Virus record (IMG/VR): IMGVR_UViG_3300034006_000006
Coordinates: 1-36,727 of that record
From: a virus
Taxonomy: Duplodnaviria; Caudoviricetes
Strand: one strand, 5' to 3'
Length of the DNA stretch: 36,727 bases
The position numbers were made by a program, and so were the translations under genes. Of this stretch, positions 28,835 through 36,500 are shown one piece after another. Within the stretch, counting starts at the first letter, position 1, and every line of letters starts with the position of its first letter. The notes below the pieces were generated by a model. It did no database searches. It saw only the letters and a list, made by a program, of their open reading frames with translations, and was not told where the DNA came from.

Positions 28835-28872
28835 AGAAGCCCGCGATGCGTTTAGTGCATCAACGGGCTTCT
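28835..28872 (-). terminator. leader terminator/attenuator hairpin upstream of the chaperone gene
   Basis: AGAAGCCCG…CGGGCTTCT stem followed on the minus strand by TGTCTTTT. Confidence 0.6.
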
Positions 28873-28898
28873 ATTGAGCCTCTTAGGATTGCTATTTA

Positions 28899-28958
28899 GG
28901 CGCTCTACTTCGGCGCTCTATGTGAAGTGGATTATATCAGAGAAGCTTGCTTTGTGAA
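28899..28958 (-). promoter_or_regulatory. sigma70-type promoter plus tandem TAGAGCGCC repeats (candidate Com box)
   Basis: Minus strand: TTCACA (28958-28953), 16 nt, extended -10 TGaTATAAT (28939-28931), then TAGAGCGCC twice (28920-28912, 28907-28899). Confidence 0.55.
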
Positions 28959-28970
28959 GAAATATTTTTC

Positions 28971-29348
28971 CTATTGAAACGCTACTGTGATGTTCTCGAT
29001 TCTCCATATAGAGCTTTCTCTGGTTAGCGCGATAATGCTTTTCCCGCCGCATTTCCACTGAATCACAACCTCTGCGGATTCATGTATGACGGTTTCGTTT
29101 ATTATCTCAAACCCTTTGCCTTCACATTCCAGATAAGTCTTACGGGTAGCAGCCGAAAGCGCCCTTAAACCTGCTACCTCTTGACTCTTGGTAGCGCTTG
29201 AAGAGTAGTATTGAATAGAGCCTTCGATATTCCCTTGCTCAAGTTTGCCCGCCCAGCCCTTCACAGTGTCAGAAGGAGAAGACAGAGAACCGCAGGCAAT
29301 AATTAGAAGGCAAAGGGGAATTGATATAAAACTATGCGGGCGAGCCAT
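28971..29348 (-). CDS. lipoprotein, NTF2-like (DUF4878-like)
   Basis: Lipobox LIIAC, SPSDTVKGW, terminal LTRESSIWRI. Confidence 0.7.
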   Translation of the reverse strand: MARPHSFISIPLCLLIIACGSLSSPSDTVKGWAGKLEQGNIEGSIQYYSSSATKSQEVAGLRALSAATRKTYLECEGKGFEIINETVIHESAEVVIQWKCGGKSIIALTRESSIWRIENITVAFQ

Positions 29349-29366
29349 GCGCCGAAAGGTAGCACA

Positions 29367-29567
29367 TCAGCCCTTTTTCTTTCCAGCTTTCTTAGTTGAC
29401 GGTCTGCCTGCCTTGCGATTCTCTACTAGCTTCAAATCCTTCTCGTCTATCACATAATCGCGGCCTATCTTTTGGGCAGGCAAGCGCCCTTCACTTATTA
29501 ACTGATAAATTCTTGGTTGGCTAATACCTAGCCGCTCGGCAGCTTGTTGAGTGGTGAGTAAGTTCAT
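29367..29567 (-). CDS. excisionase-like HTH DNA-binding protein (probably leaderless)
   Basis: LLTTQQAAERLGISQPRIYQLISEGRLPAQKIGRDYVI; GRP tail. Confidence 0.9.
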   Translation of the reverse strand: MNLLTTQQAAERLGISQPRIYQLISEGRLPAQKIGRDYVIDEKDLKLVENRKAGRPSTKKAGKKKG

Positions 29568-29574
29568 GCGGCGG

Positions 29575-29658
29575 ATTATAAGCCAAAATTAACCCTATGA
29601 CAAGCCATATTATTTTGTTGACAAAACCCTATGATGTATCATAGAATAATCCCTAAGT
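29575..29658. promoter_or_regulatory. divergent promoters with repeated operator-like sites
   Basis: Minus: TTGTCA-17-TATAAT (29603-29575). Plus: TTGACA-18-TAGAAT (29618-29647). AACCCTATGA at 29591 and 29625; ATCCCTAAG at 29649. Confidence 0.7.
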
Positions 29659-29682
29659 TAGTCACACGAAAGGGCGAATCAA

Positions 29683-29889
29683 ATGAGCAAACTTGAGCAG
29701 GCAAAAAGCAAGCTGCGGTTCATAGGCAGAACGCTTAACAGGGGATTCATAGACGCGGAAACCTTAGAAGAGTTGAGCCGCGCATCATTCAACGCGCTTG
29801 AGCTATTAAATGAGCATGAAGAGGAAACCCTACAGCTTCCCCGCATAGCTGAGGCTTCCACTGTTGTCATTTATCAGCCGAACGCATAA
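29683..29889 (+). CDS. hypothetical protein
   Basis: First ORF after the plus-strand promoter; AAGGG RBS. Confidence 0.6.
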   Translation: MSKLEQAKSKLRFIGRTLNRGFIDAETLEELSRASFNALELLNEHEEETLQLPRIAEASTVVIYQPNA

Positions 29890-29894
29890 GAAGC

Positions 29895-29930
29895 GAGAGC
29901 TTAGGAAAGCAGCCACTTCCCTAAGCTCTC
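29895..29930 (+). promoter_or_regulatory. intergenic hairpin (attenuator/RNA structure)
   Basis: GAGAGCTTAGG…CCTAAGCTCTC, 11-bp perfect stem. Confidence 0.55.
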
Positions 29931-29961
29931 ATTCACCATTTACCACTTGAGAGGGGTAACG

Positions 29962-30582
29962 ATGAGTAGAAAAGATAACACAAGCAACAAGGCGCTTCAA
30001 AGCGATGCGCTTTTAATCTTTAACACAATCCACGACAAGGCCACCCCAAAGGCCATACGGGAAGAGATAGGATACTACGCTGACGACGTACTTAACATCT
30101 CTCCGCTTGTCCCTGACCTATGGTCAGACAGGGAACTTTTTGTCGCGTGCTTTGTTGACGGCATGAAGAGGGCCACGGAGGAACCTTACACTTATAGCCG
30201 CGATACGGTTAGAGAGATTGTAGAGAGCCTTAAAAAAGGCGAGACGCCCGAAGAGATAATAGCCAGATTTAATGAGGCTCGAAAGCGTGTCGCATCGGAG
30301 CGACTTAACGCGCCAGAGCCTAAAGATAAGTCTTCAAACGACTGGCGCGTCTGGAAAGTCCGACAACTTGAACGCGCCTTCAATGGCACAGACGCCAAAG
30401 CCTACGATGCTGCTTGGACTGAATACCAAGCCTTGCTGCGCGGTTTGGTTAGTGACCGTCAGTTCTATCACGTCTCATACGCTCTAGCCTTACTGCCTCA
30501 TCTGCTCGCGGCCCGTCAAGAGATAGACGCGACGATTGCCCGCGAAAAGCGGTCTAGCCAGAAGAGAGGGGGTAAGAAGTAA
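29962..30582 (+). CDS. hypothetical helical protein
   Basis: ATG after GAGGGG; coupled to the next gene. Confidence 0.65.
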   Translation: MSRKDNTSNKALQSDALLIFNTIHDKATPKAIREEIGYYADDVLNISPLVPDLWSDRELFVACFVDGMKRATEEPYTYSRDTVREIVESLKKGETPEEIIARFNEARKRVASERLNAPEPKDKSSNDWRVWKVRQLERAFNGTDAKAYDAAWTEYQALLRGLVSDRQFYHVSYALALLPHLLAARQEIDATIAREKRSSQKRGGKK

Positions 30583-30911
30583 TGGCTCCGAGAAAAGAGG
30601 CGGCAAAGCCTAGAACTCGCGCTAAAGCTGCGGAAGACAAAAGAGAAGGCTTGCATTTAACCTACGATGAAGCGAAGCGCCTTATCTCAACTCTTCCCTA
30701 TATGAGCATCGAAGGCGACGGGGCAGTAGCGACACTTCTGCTGCTCATGTATTCAATGGTCTATCCGGCTGACGGTGCTAGCTATGCGAAGCCCGAAGAC
30801 CTTTACCATCTAGTCTCTACAGAGCTTTTGTCATTGACGAGCGCCTTAGACGCTTTACATAAAATAATGAGGCGTCGGCTGTCTGCTATTGAGAAAGGAG
30901 CGGCACAGTAA
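30582..30911 (+). CDS. hypothetical protein
   Basis: TAATG coupling, basic N-terminus. Confidence 0.6.
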   Translation: MAPRKEAAKPRTRAKAAEDKREGLHLTYDEAKRLISTLPYMSIEGDGAVATLLLLMYSMVYPADGASYAKPEDLYHLVSTELLSLTSALDALHKIMRRRLSAIEKGAAQ

Positions 30912-31054
30912 TGCACAAACACCTCTGCTCTCGCTGCCCTCGCCAGTTTGAATGCTCAGAGTCGGCCTGTGCTGAGTTTGAATTTTCAATCTGTTCTGAG
31001 TGTAAGGATAAAGCTCAGAAGAAGAAGCAGAAGAGACGTAAGAGAGCATAACCT

Positions 31055-31082
31055 AGAAGGCGGCTACCCGACAGCCGCTTCT
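31055..31082. terminator. hairpin upstream of the HNH gene
   Basis: AGAAGGCGGCT…AGCCGCTTCT imperfect stem. Confidence 0.4.
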
Positions 31083-31101
31083 CTCAAAACTATTTTGAGT
31101 C

Positions 31102-31413
31102 ATGCGCGACCCCTTACTACATGAGACACGCAAGAAGTGGAGAGCGTTTCGCCGCTACATAGCCATGCTGCACTACGGAGCGCGGTGTGTATGCTGCGGT
31201 GAAACGCTCTCTATAGCTCTCACTTTTGACCATGTAGAAGGCGGGGGATGCAAGGAGAGAAAGCTTGCAACAAGAGCTATCACGGAGGGCTACCCCGCTC
31301 GCTTTCAAGTCCTCTGCATGAACTGTAATCACGCTAAGGCAGACAACGGGAAATGCCCGCATCAGGTAATACGAGAATTGGAACATAAAATATTTTTGAG
31401 TCACCTGAATTAA
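31102..31413 (+). CDS. HNH endonuclease
   Basis: CVCCGE…LTFDHV…QVLCMNCNHAK. Confidence 0.8.
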   Translation: MRDPLLHETRKKWRAFRRYIAMLHYGARCVCCGETLSIALTFDHVEGGGCKERKLATRAITEGYPARFQVLCMNCNHAKADNGKCPHQVIRELEHKIFLSHLN

Positions 31414-31425
31414 GGAAGAGACAAG

Positions 31426-32469
31426 ATGAGACATTTAGTTTCAGAAGCAGAAAGACTTGAAATCGCCAGTAGGTTTGAATCGAAAGAAAGCGTTTCAAAT
31501 ATAAGCGGCGTTATGAAGCTATCTTGTGCGACTATATATAATCAATTAGCTAAAATGGGAATTGCGCGCCGTCGCTGTGGGTTCAATGAAACCGAGCTAC
31601 AGAAGATATGCGATGAGTATGCCAGTGGAAAGTCAGCAGAGGTAATTGCCAACAACATAGGCGCGTCAAGCTCTTCTATTCTTGGCGCTCTCAAAAGATG
31701 CGGTATTTCACCACGCACAGCATCAGAGCAAGAACAATATCGCAACCGCAGAAAACATAATCTTAACGAAAACGCTTTCGACAAACCATCAGAAGAGCGG
31801 AACTATTTCATAGGGTTAATGATGGCCGATGGATGCGTAGTAGAGAGCAAACAGGGTCTAGGCCAGCGTAGAATACAACTTGCCCTTAACGAAGAAGATA
31901 AAGAAATAGTTGAGCGTTTCAAGTCTTTTCTTTCCTCCACGCATACTATTTGTTATCAAAAAGCGAGACTATCAAGACACGCTCGCCGCCCGAACGAATT
32001 TATAAACTGCCGCCCGCATGTTGTATTTTCGGTTAGCTCTGATAAGCTCGCACAAGCCCTTATCTCATTCGGCGTAGTACCGCGCAAGAGCAAGACCGCA
32101 AGCGTTGTGGGGCTGGAAAATGACAGACACTTTTGGCGCGGTGTCATAGATGGTGACGGTTCGTTAGGGGTTCGCAAGCAGAAAGGCAGGCGAACATCTA
32201 GCCCTAGACTAACTCTCGTTGGCAGCCACGACCTAATGCAGCAATTTATTGAATTTGCTAAACGGAATGCGCCCGGAAATCAAGTCAAAGTTTGCTGCTA
32301 CGATGGATTGTACAGAGTTGATTTAACGGGGATTTATGCTATTCAAATTTGCAAGGTAGTTTATCAAGGGTCTAAGGTTTCAATTTCCAGAAAGCTAGAG
32401 ACTGCTAATTCGATAATAAAACTTGAGCATGAATGGAAACCGAGGTATAGAAAGCGGATTACACAATAA
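31426..32469 (+). CDS. LAGLIDADG homing endonuclease with N-terminal HTH repeats
   Basis: Two motifs, YFIGLMMADG and FWRGVIDGDG; GVVPRKS; terminal SRK; two HTH-like repeats N-terminally. Confidence 0.9.
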   Translation: MRHLVSEAERLEIASRFESKESVSNISGVMKLSCATIYNQLAKMGIARRRCGFNETELQKICDEYASGKSAEVIANNIGASSSSILGALKRCGISPRTASEQEQYRNRRKHNLNENAFDKPSEERNYFIGLMMADGCVVESKQGLGQRRIQLALNEEDKEIVERFKSFLSSTHTICYQKARLSRHARRPNEFINCRPHVVFSVSSDKLAQALISFGVVPRKSKTASVVGLENDRHFWRGVIDGDGSLGVRKQKGRRTSSPRLTLVGSHDLMQQFIEFAKRNAPGNQVKVCCYDGLYRVDLTGIYAIQICKVVYQGSKVSISRKLETANSIIKLEHEWKPRYRKRITQ

Positions 32470-32486
32470 CTTACGAAGTGACATTC

Positions 32487-32663
32487 TCACTGTCGCCTCA
32501 CTTCAACGGTAGACGAACGATTAAAGCCGCTTGACTTAGTAATGGTATTCAGCTTTTTACATCCTTGCTTTCGACACTTGAGGCGCAACGTGCCTGTAAA
32601 ATCAAAATCTTCGCTTGTTTCAGCAAGGATTTTACCGCAGGCTTTACACTTGATTTCTTTCAT
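32487..32663 (-). CDS. Mu Com-like zinc-finger regulator (58 aa, not in the ORF track)
   Basis: Manual translation: MKEIKCKACGKILAETSEDFDFTGTLRLKCRKQGCKKLNTITKSSGFNRSSTVEVRRQ, matching the Com pattern IxCxxCGKxLA…KCxxxCKxxN. Confidence 0.75.
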   Translation of the reverse strand: MKEIKCKACGKILAETSEDFDFTGTLRLKCRKQGCKKLNTITKSSGFNRSSTVEVRRQ

Positions 32664-32711
32664 TGGATGTTGTTGCTATTAAATTACCCTTACCGAACTT
32701 CGGCCTAATAG

Positions 32712-32777
32712 CTAGTCGAACGTGACGCCGTTTATCTCCACCACGTAATGATGGTCGTCAAGAAAGCCTTCGCTCAT
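32712..32777 (-). pseudogene. 5' stub of the resident baseplate hub (gpD-like) gene
   Basis: ATG overlaps the LysM stop (ATGA); MSEGFLDDHHYVVEINGVTFD* aligns without gaps to the cassette hub N-terminus LIEKHTLVLLNDVLLD; sits where the hub is expected. Confidence 0.65.
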
Positions 32778-33025
32778 AATGAATCGTAAAGCCCGCTCTC
32801 GACGGGAGCCTCCGGAATAAGCAGAATCGTGCCGGGCTCGAGCCTGCGCGGGTCACTGATGTTGTTCCTGTCGGCTATCTCGCGCCAGAACCTGCGGTCG
32901 CCCCAATACCTGTGACAGATGCCGTCTATATTCTCGCCGAAAGCCACGACGTGTATTTGAAGGCGCTCCTCGGCCTGAGGATTAAATTGGCCGTATCGCC
33001 TGAATGGACTGATGCTCTTTCCCAT
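32774..33025 (-). CDS. LysM / gpX-like baseplate protein
   Basis: HVVAFGENIDGICHRYWGDRRFWREIADRNNISDPRRLEPGTILLIP. Confidence 0.9.
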   Translation of the reverse strand: MGKSISPFRRYGQFNPQAEERLQIHVVAFGENIDGICHRYWGDRRFWREIADRNNISDPRRLEPGTILLIPEAPVESGLYDSL

Positions 33026-33546
33026 TAGAAATTCCCAAGCGGCGAGAAGTCCGCCGCTTCTTCCGGGTCTATCTCTACAACTCTGGACGTGACCTGTTCC
33101 CTCAGGTCAGGCATTTCAAGCAACGTCATCGAGACGCGCGCACGCTGCTGGTTGTTCTCCGCAGTAAAGCTCGTGCGCTCGATCTCCAGTTCTTCAAGCG
33201 TGCAGCGCACCTTCCAGTCGCCGCATATCATCAACAGAAGCGGCGGCCTTCCTTTTTCCTTCTGCCTCATCAACGCGCGTATCTGCTCAATGGCTTCTGT
33301 CAAAGAAAGATTTGTACCGACCGTGTCCAGCCAGCACTCGTCGAAAGAAATTTTCTGAGGCTCGGAGTTTGAGAACTGTGGGGGCTTTACTCCGCCGACG
33401 GTGTCGGCCAACTCCCAGTTATTCCTGTCCGAAGTCTTAATGCTGGAAGGGAAGGGGAGTCCCACGTCGCCCTCCTCGACGTCAAAGACGAAAGTGCCTG
33501 ACTGGCGCAGGTTGATGAGAATCAGTTTTTTGCCCTTGCGTGTCAT
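33025..33546 (-). CDS. gpU-like tube initiator / tail protein
   Basis: FPSSI…KPPQFSNSEPQKISF…PPLLLMICG…LEIERTSF…RARVSMTLLE; between tape measure and LysM. Confidence 0.78.
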   Translation of the reverse strand: MTRKGKKLILINLRQSGTFVFDVEEGDVGLPFPSSIKTSDRNNWELADTVGGVKPPQFSNSEPQKISFDECWLDTVGTNLSLTEAIEQIRALMRQKEKGRPPLLLMICGDWKVRCTLEELEIERTSFTAENNQQRARVSMTLLEMPDLREQVTSRVVEIDPEEAADFSPLGNF

Positions 33547-36500
33547 CAGCTTCTCTCGTCGTCTCTCTCTTCCCTGTAATACAGCCTTGTCTCCAGTTCC
33601 TCGAAGAAATCATCCTTGCTGCTGGCCAGCGCCCGCTCGGCGGCCGCTTGTGCCAGGGCCTGTAGCTGTGCAGGGCTGTGATTGCTGCCCGTAATTTGCA
33701 GGCTGATGTGGGGGGCAAAGGTTATAGGGCCAATCGACTTAGAAGAAGGAGTAGAAGCGTTTACATATAACGACTCTCTACTTGAAACACCATCAGCGCT
33801 TCTAGCTGATAAAACGGGGATTTGATTGCTTCTCCCGTCGGCGTCAAGAGCGCGAGTCATTACCAGGTACTTCTTTAGCTCATTGTTCGGAGTGATGAAT
33901 CCGTCAGCGAAAGGCGTATAGAGTTCGATACCGCGCTCGCCTACAGGGTAAGAGATGCCTTTGAGCACGTGCCCGCCCCTTGCTTTTCCCGGCCCCGTCG
34001 TTGGATGTGTAGCCCCGCCAACTATTGAACTTACATTCGGGATAGTCCACGCAGGCGGAGTAAGGTCTATAGCATTCATCCTGTCGGCAAAGCTCTGCGC
34101 TGCTGTAGCGCCGTTGCCAAGTGCAGGCGCGAGTTTCAATGCGGATTCTGTATTTTGATTGAGAGCTTCGCTTGCCTTTTGGGACTGTTCGGCTAGTAAG
34201 TTGGTAGCCTCTCCATATTTCTGAGGGAAAGCCTGCTTGACTAAATTTTCGAGATATTGTTTGCCTTCGGGTTGAACGTCCTGACGCGCCCTTGTTTGAC
34301 GTATGAACTCAGCCATAACACCAGCGTCTGCACCTAAAATCGGTGCACGCTGGCGAATCAGCGAAACCTTATTTGCATCATCAGCGCCGTAGAAAGGATG
34401 GTAGTCAGGAAGTATTCCCGCCATGCGCAAGGGATATAGGATCGGTTGAGCGCCTAAGTATCCCTGTGTAATTTGCGTCAATAGGTCTTCCCCGCGTGGG
34501 ATATTGAGAGCGTTCATTAAGAACTCACTCAATCCACCACGCATTGAGCCTGCTAGCGAGCCTTCAATATCAATCTTTGAAACAGCAGATGCAGCTTCAG
34601 AGGTTATGAACTGGCTTGGCATGGGCATGCCCGCTTCAGCATATTTCTGCTTTAACCTAAGAAATCTATCAGCGTCCTTTGCATTAGAGCTCATCAAATC
34701 TTTGTAGATTTTATGGTATTCCCTGTAGGCGTCTACGAACTCTTTCAACTCATACAGCGTGTAGCCCACAGAAGCGATAAGCAACGTAAACTGCATTGTC
34801 TTGGGTAAAGCATTAAGCTTGCCCATGACTCCGTTGACTCCGATAGCGCTACGTTCGGCTGCCGTCATCCCTTCCGCTGCGGCTTTAGCACCGCGACCCC
34901 AGCCCGAAAACATTCCAGCGAGGCCTCCGAGATGGTAAGAAGTCTCAAGGATTCCCGTCAGAGCTTTGCCGCCAATAAGGAGATAGAATCCCCACTTTGC
35001 CAGCGTCGGGTGCTGCTCGAAGACGGCCATCAGTGCGCTGCCCTTATCAACCAGCTTCGTTACAACCTCCAGCAGCTTCACCCCCTGCTCAGCCTGAAAA
35101 TTAAAGAGCGCGGCCTGAAATTTCTGATACTTGCCCATGGGGGACTGGTCTGCGCGCTGGTACATCTGCTCCAGTCCTTCAGACCTTTGCATCTGCTCCA
35201 CGTCTTTAGAGATGTTCTGTCTGAGCAGAATCATCTTTGCGAGCAGGTCGGCCGTGCCTCGATTGCCGGTTATCTGAGAGAGCACGCGTCCTACATCTCC
35301 GGCGTTAGTCATATCCACCGGCCGACCCAAGACGTTTTGTCCCTTCTCTTTAATTGCCTTAGCCAAAGCATCCGCAAACTTGATTGGATTTTCGCCCAGC
35401 AAATCAGCAATCGGGAGTGCGCCGGGGCTAAGCTTCTTGATTCTGCCTTCACGCGAGAACTCTGCAAGACCCTTAGTGCGCAGCACATCATTGGAAGGTA
35501 GAAGCCCGAGGCGCTGCAAAGCGTCGGCAGCGCGTGCGCCGCCTGCGCCCTGCCGGAAAGCCACGAATGACTGAAACGCGCTCATCAAGCGGGTGCCGAC
35601 GGCGGAGCCTCCCATGGCCTCCATCATCGATGCCATGTGCATCAGGCCCTCGGGAGAGACGCCCATAGCGGAGACGCCGCCGCGCCCTACGAACTGGAAC
35701 ATCTCTTCGCCGCCGATTCGGCCGCCTGTGTAAGCTTTAATTCGTGTGATAGCGTCTAGGTAAGCCTCAAACCGTTTTGTGTCCACGCCGCCGCCCGGAA
35801 GCTGGCGTATAGCGCCCATCTGCTCGAGCGCTTTCATAGTCTTCAGGATGTCGGCTTCGAGTTGTTCCGGATCGGCTTCAAAGAGCGTCTGGAAGGTGAA
35901 TCGCATCTTCCCGGCTGTAGGCAGCATAGCTGTAGCCTGCCTCATATCACCGAAGACGCTCTTTAATCCGACGAGGTCTTCCGTCAGCTCGTCTATGCGG
36001 GTGCCGCGCACTTGGCGGACAGTATCAGCGACGGCTCGAAGGCCAGCCGTCGTATCTTCAGGGGATAAGCGAAGTGTGTATAATTTCTGTTGTGCCCGGA
36101 TAACAGAAAAGGCCGCGTCAGTATATTTCTCCAGAGAATCGATGCGGTCGCGCCACGTCGAGGCCACCATCCGGCCGGACATGTATGCGTCGCCCGCGCG
36201 TCCTGCCCGGTCAAGGAATCTAGATGCTCTGCCGGGAGTTCGTCTGGTTTGTTCTTCTCTGTCTCTTTCTGCGCGCTGGGATCTGAGGAAGTCGTTAGCG
36301 GCGCGGCGTGACTCCTGATTTCTTACTCGAGCCAGACGACGAGCTGCAACATCCCTAACGCTCTGCTGCGCGGCAGCCTGCCGAGCCGTCTGCTCGCGTA
36401 TACGCTGTGCTTCACGCGCCGCCCGCGCCTCTTCACGCGCCGCACGTGCGCTATCGCGTGCGGCGCGTGAGGTAGACGGAGAAGCGCCCGGCGGCGTGAC

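Larger units (their letters stand above)
23900..32712. mobile_element. foreign cassette nested in the tail operon (hub + tape measure + chaperone + regulators + homing endonucleases); left boundary approximate
   Basis: Truncated resident hub gene at the right edge; visibly lower GC; no GATC found between 23472 and 33181; duplicated tape measure; HNH and LAGLIDADG genes; no integrase inside. Confidence 0.7.

Noticed and set aside
31426-32469. LAGLIDADG protein as part of an intein or group I intron
   Set aside because: It has its own start and stop, no intein terminal residues, and is antisense to the interrupted gene; no intron core recognised
28815-32719. Inverted TTCGACT at 28815 (+) and at the hub-stub breakpoint (-), suggesting an invertible segment
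   Set aside because: Only 7 bp; inverting in silico extends the stub by about 18 codons to a stop and does not restore a hub gene
703-36318. Many antisense or nested ORFs in the track (e.g. 6722-7348, 10316-10864, 14639-15160, 34932-35501, 35779-36318)
   Set aside because: They overlap well-supported genes on the other strand or frame and lack motifs; treated as shadow ORFs
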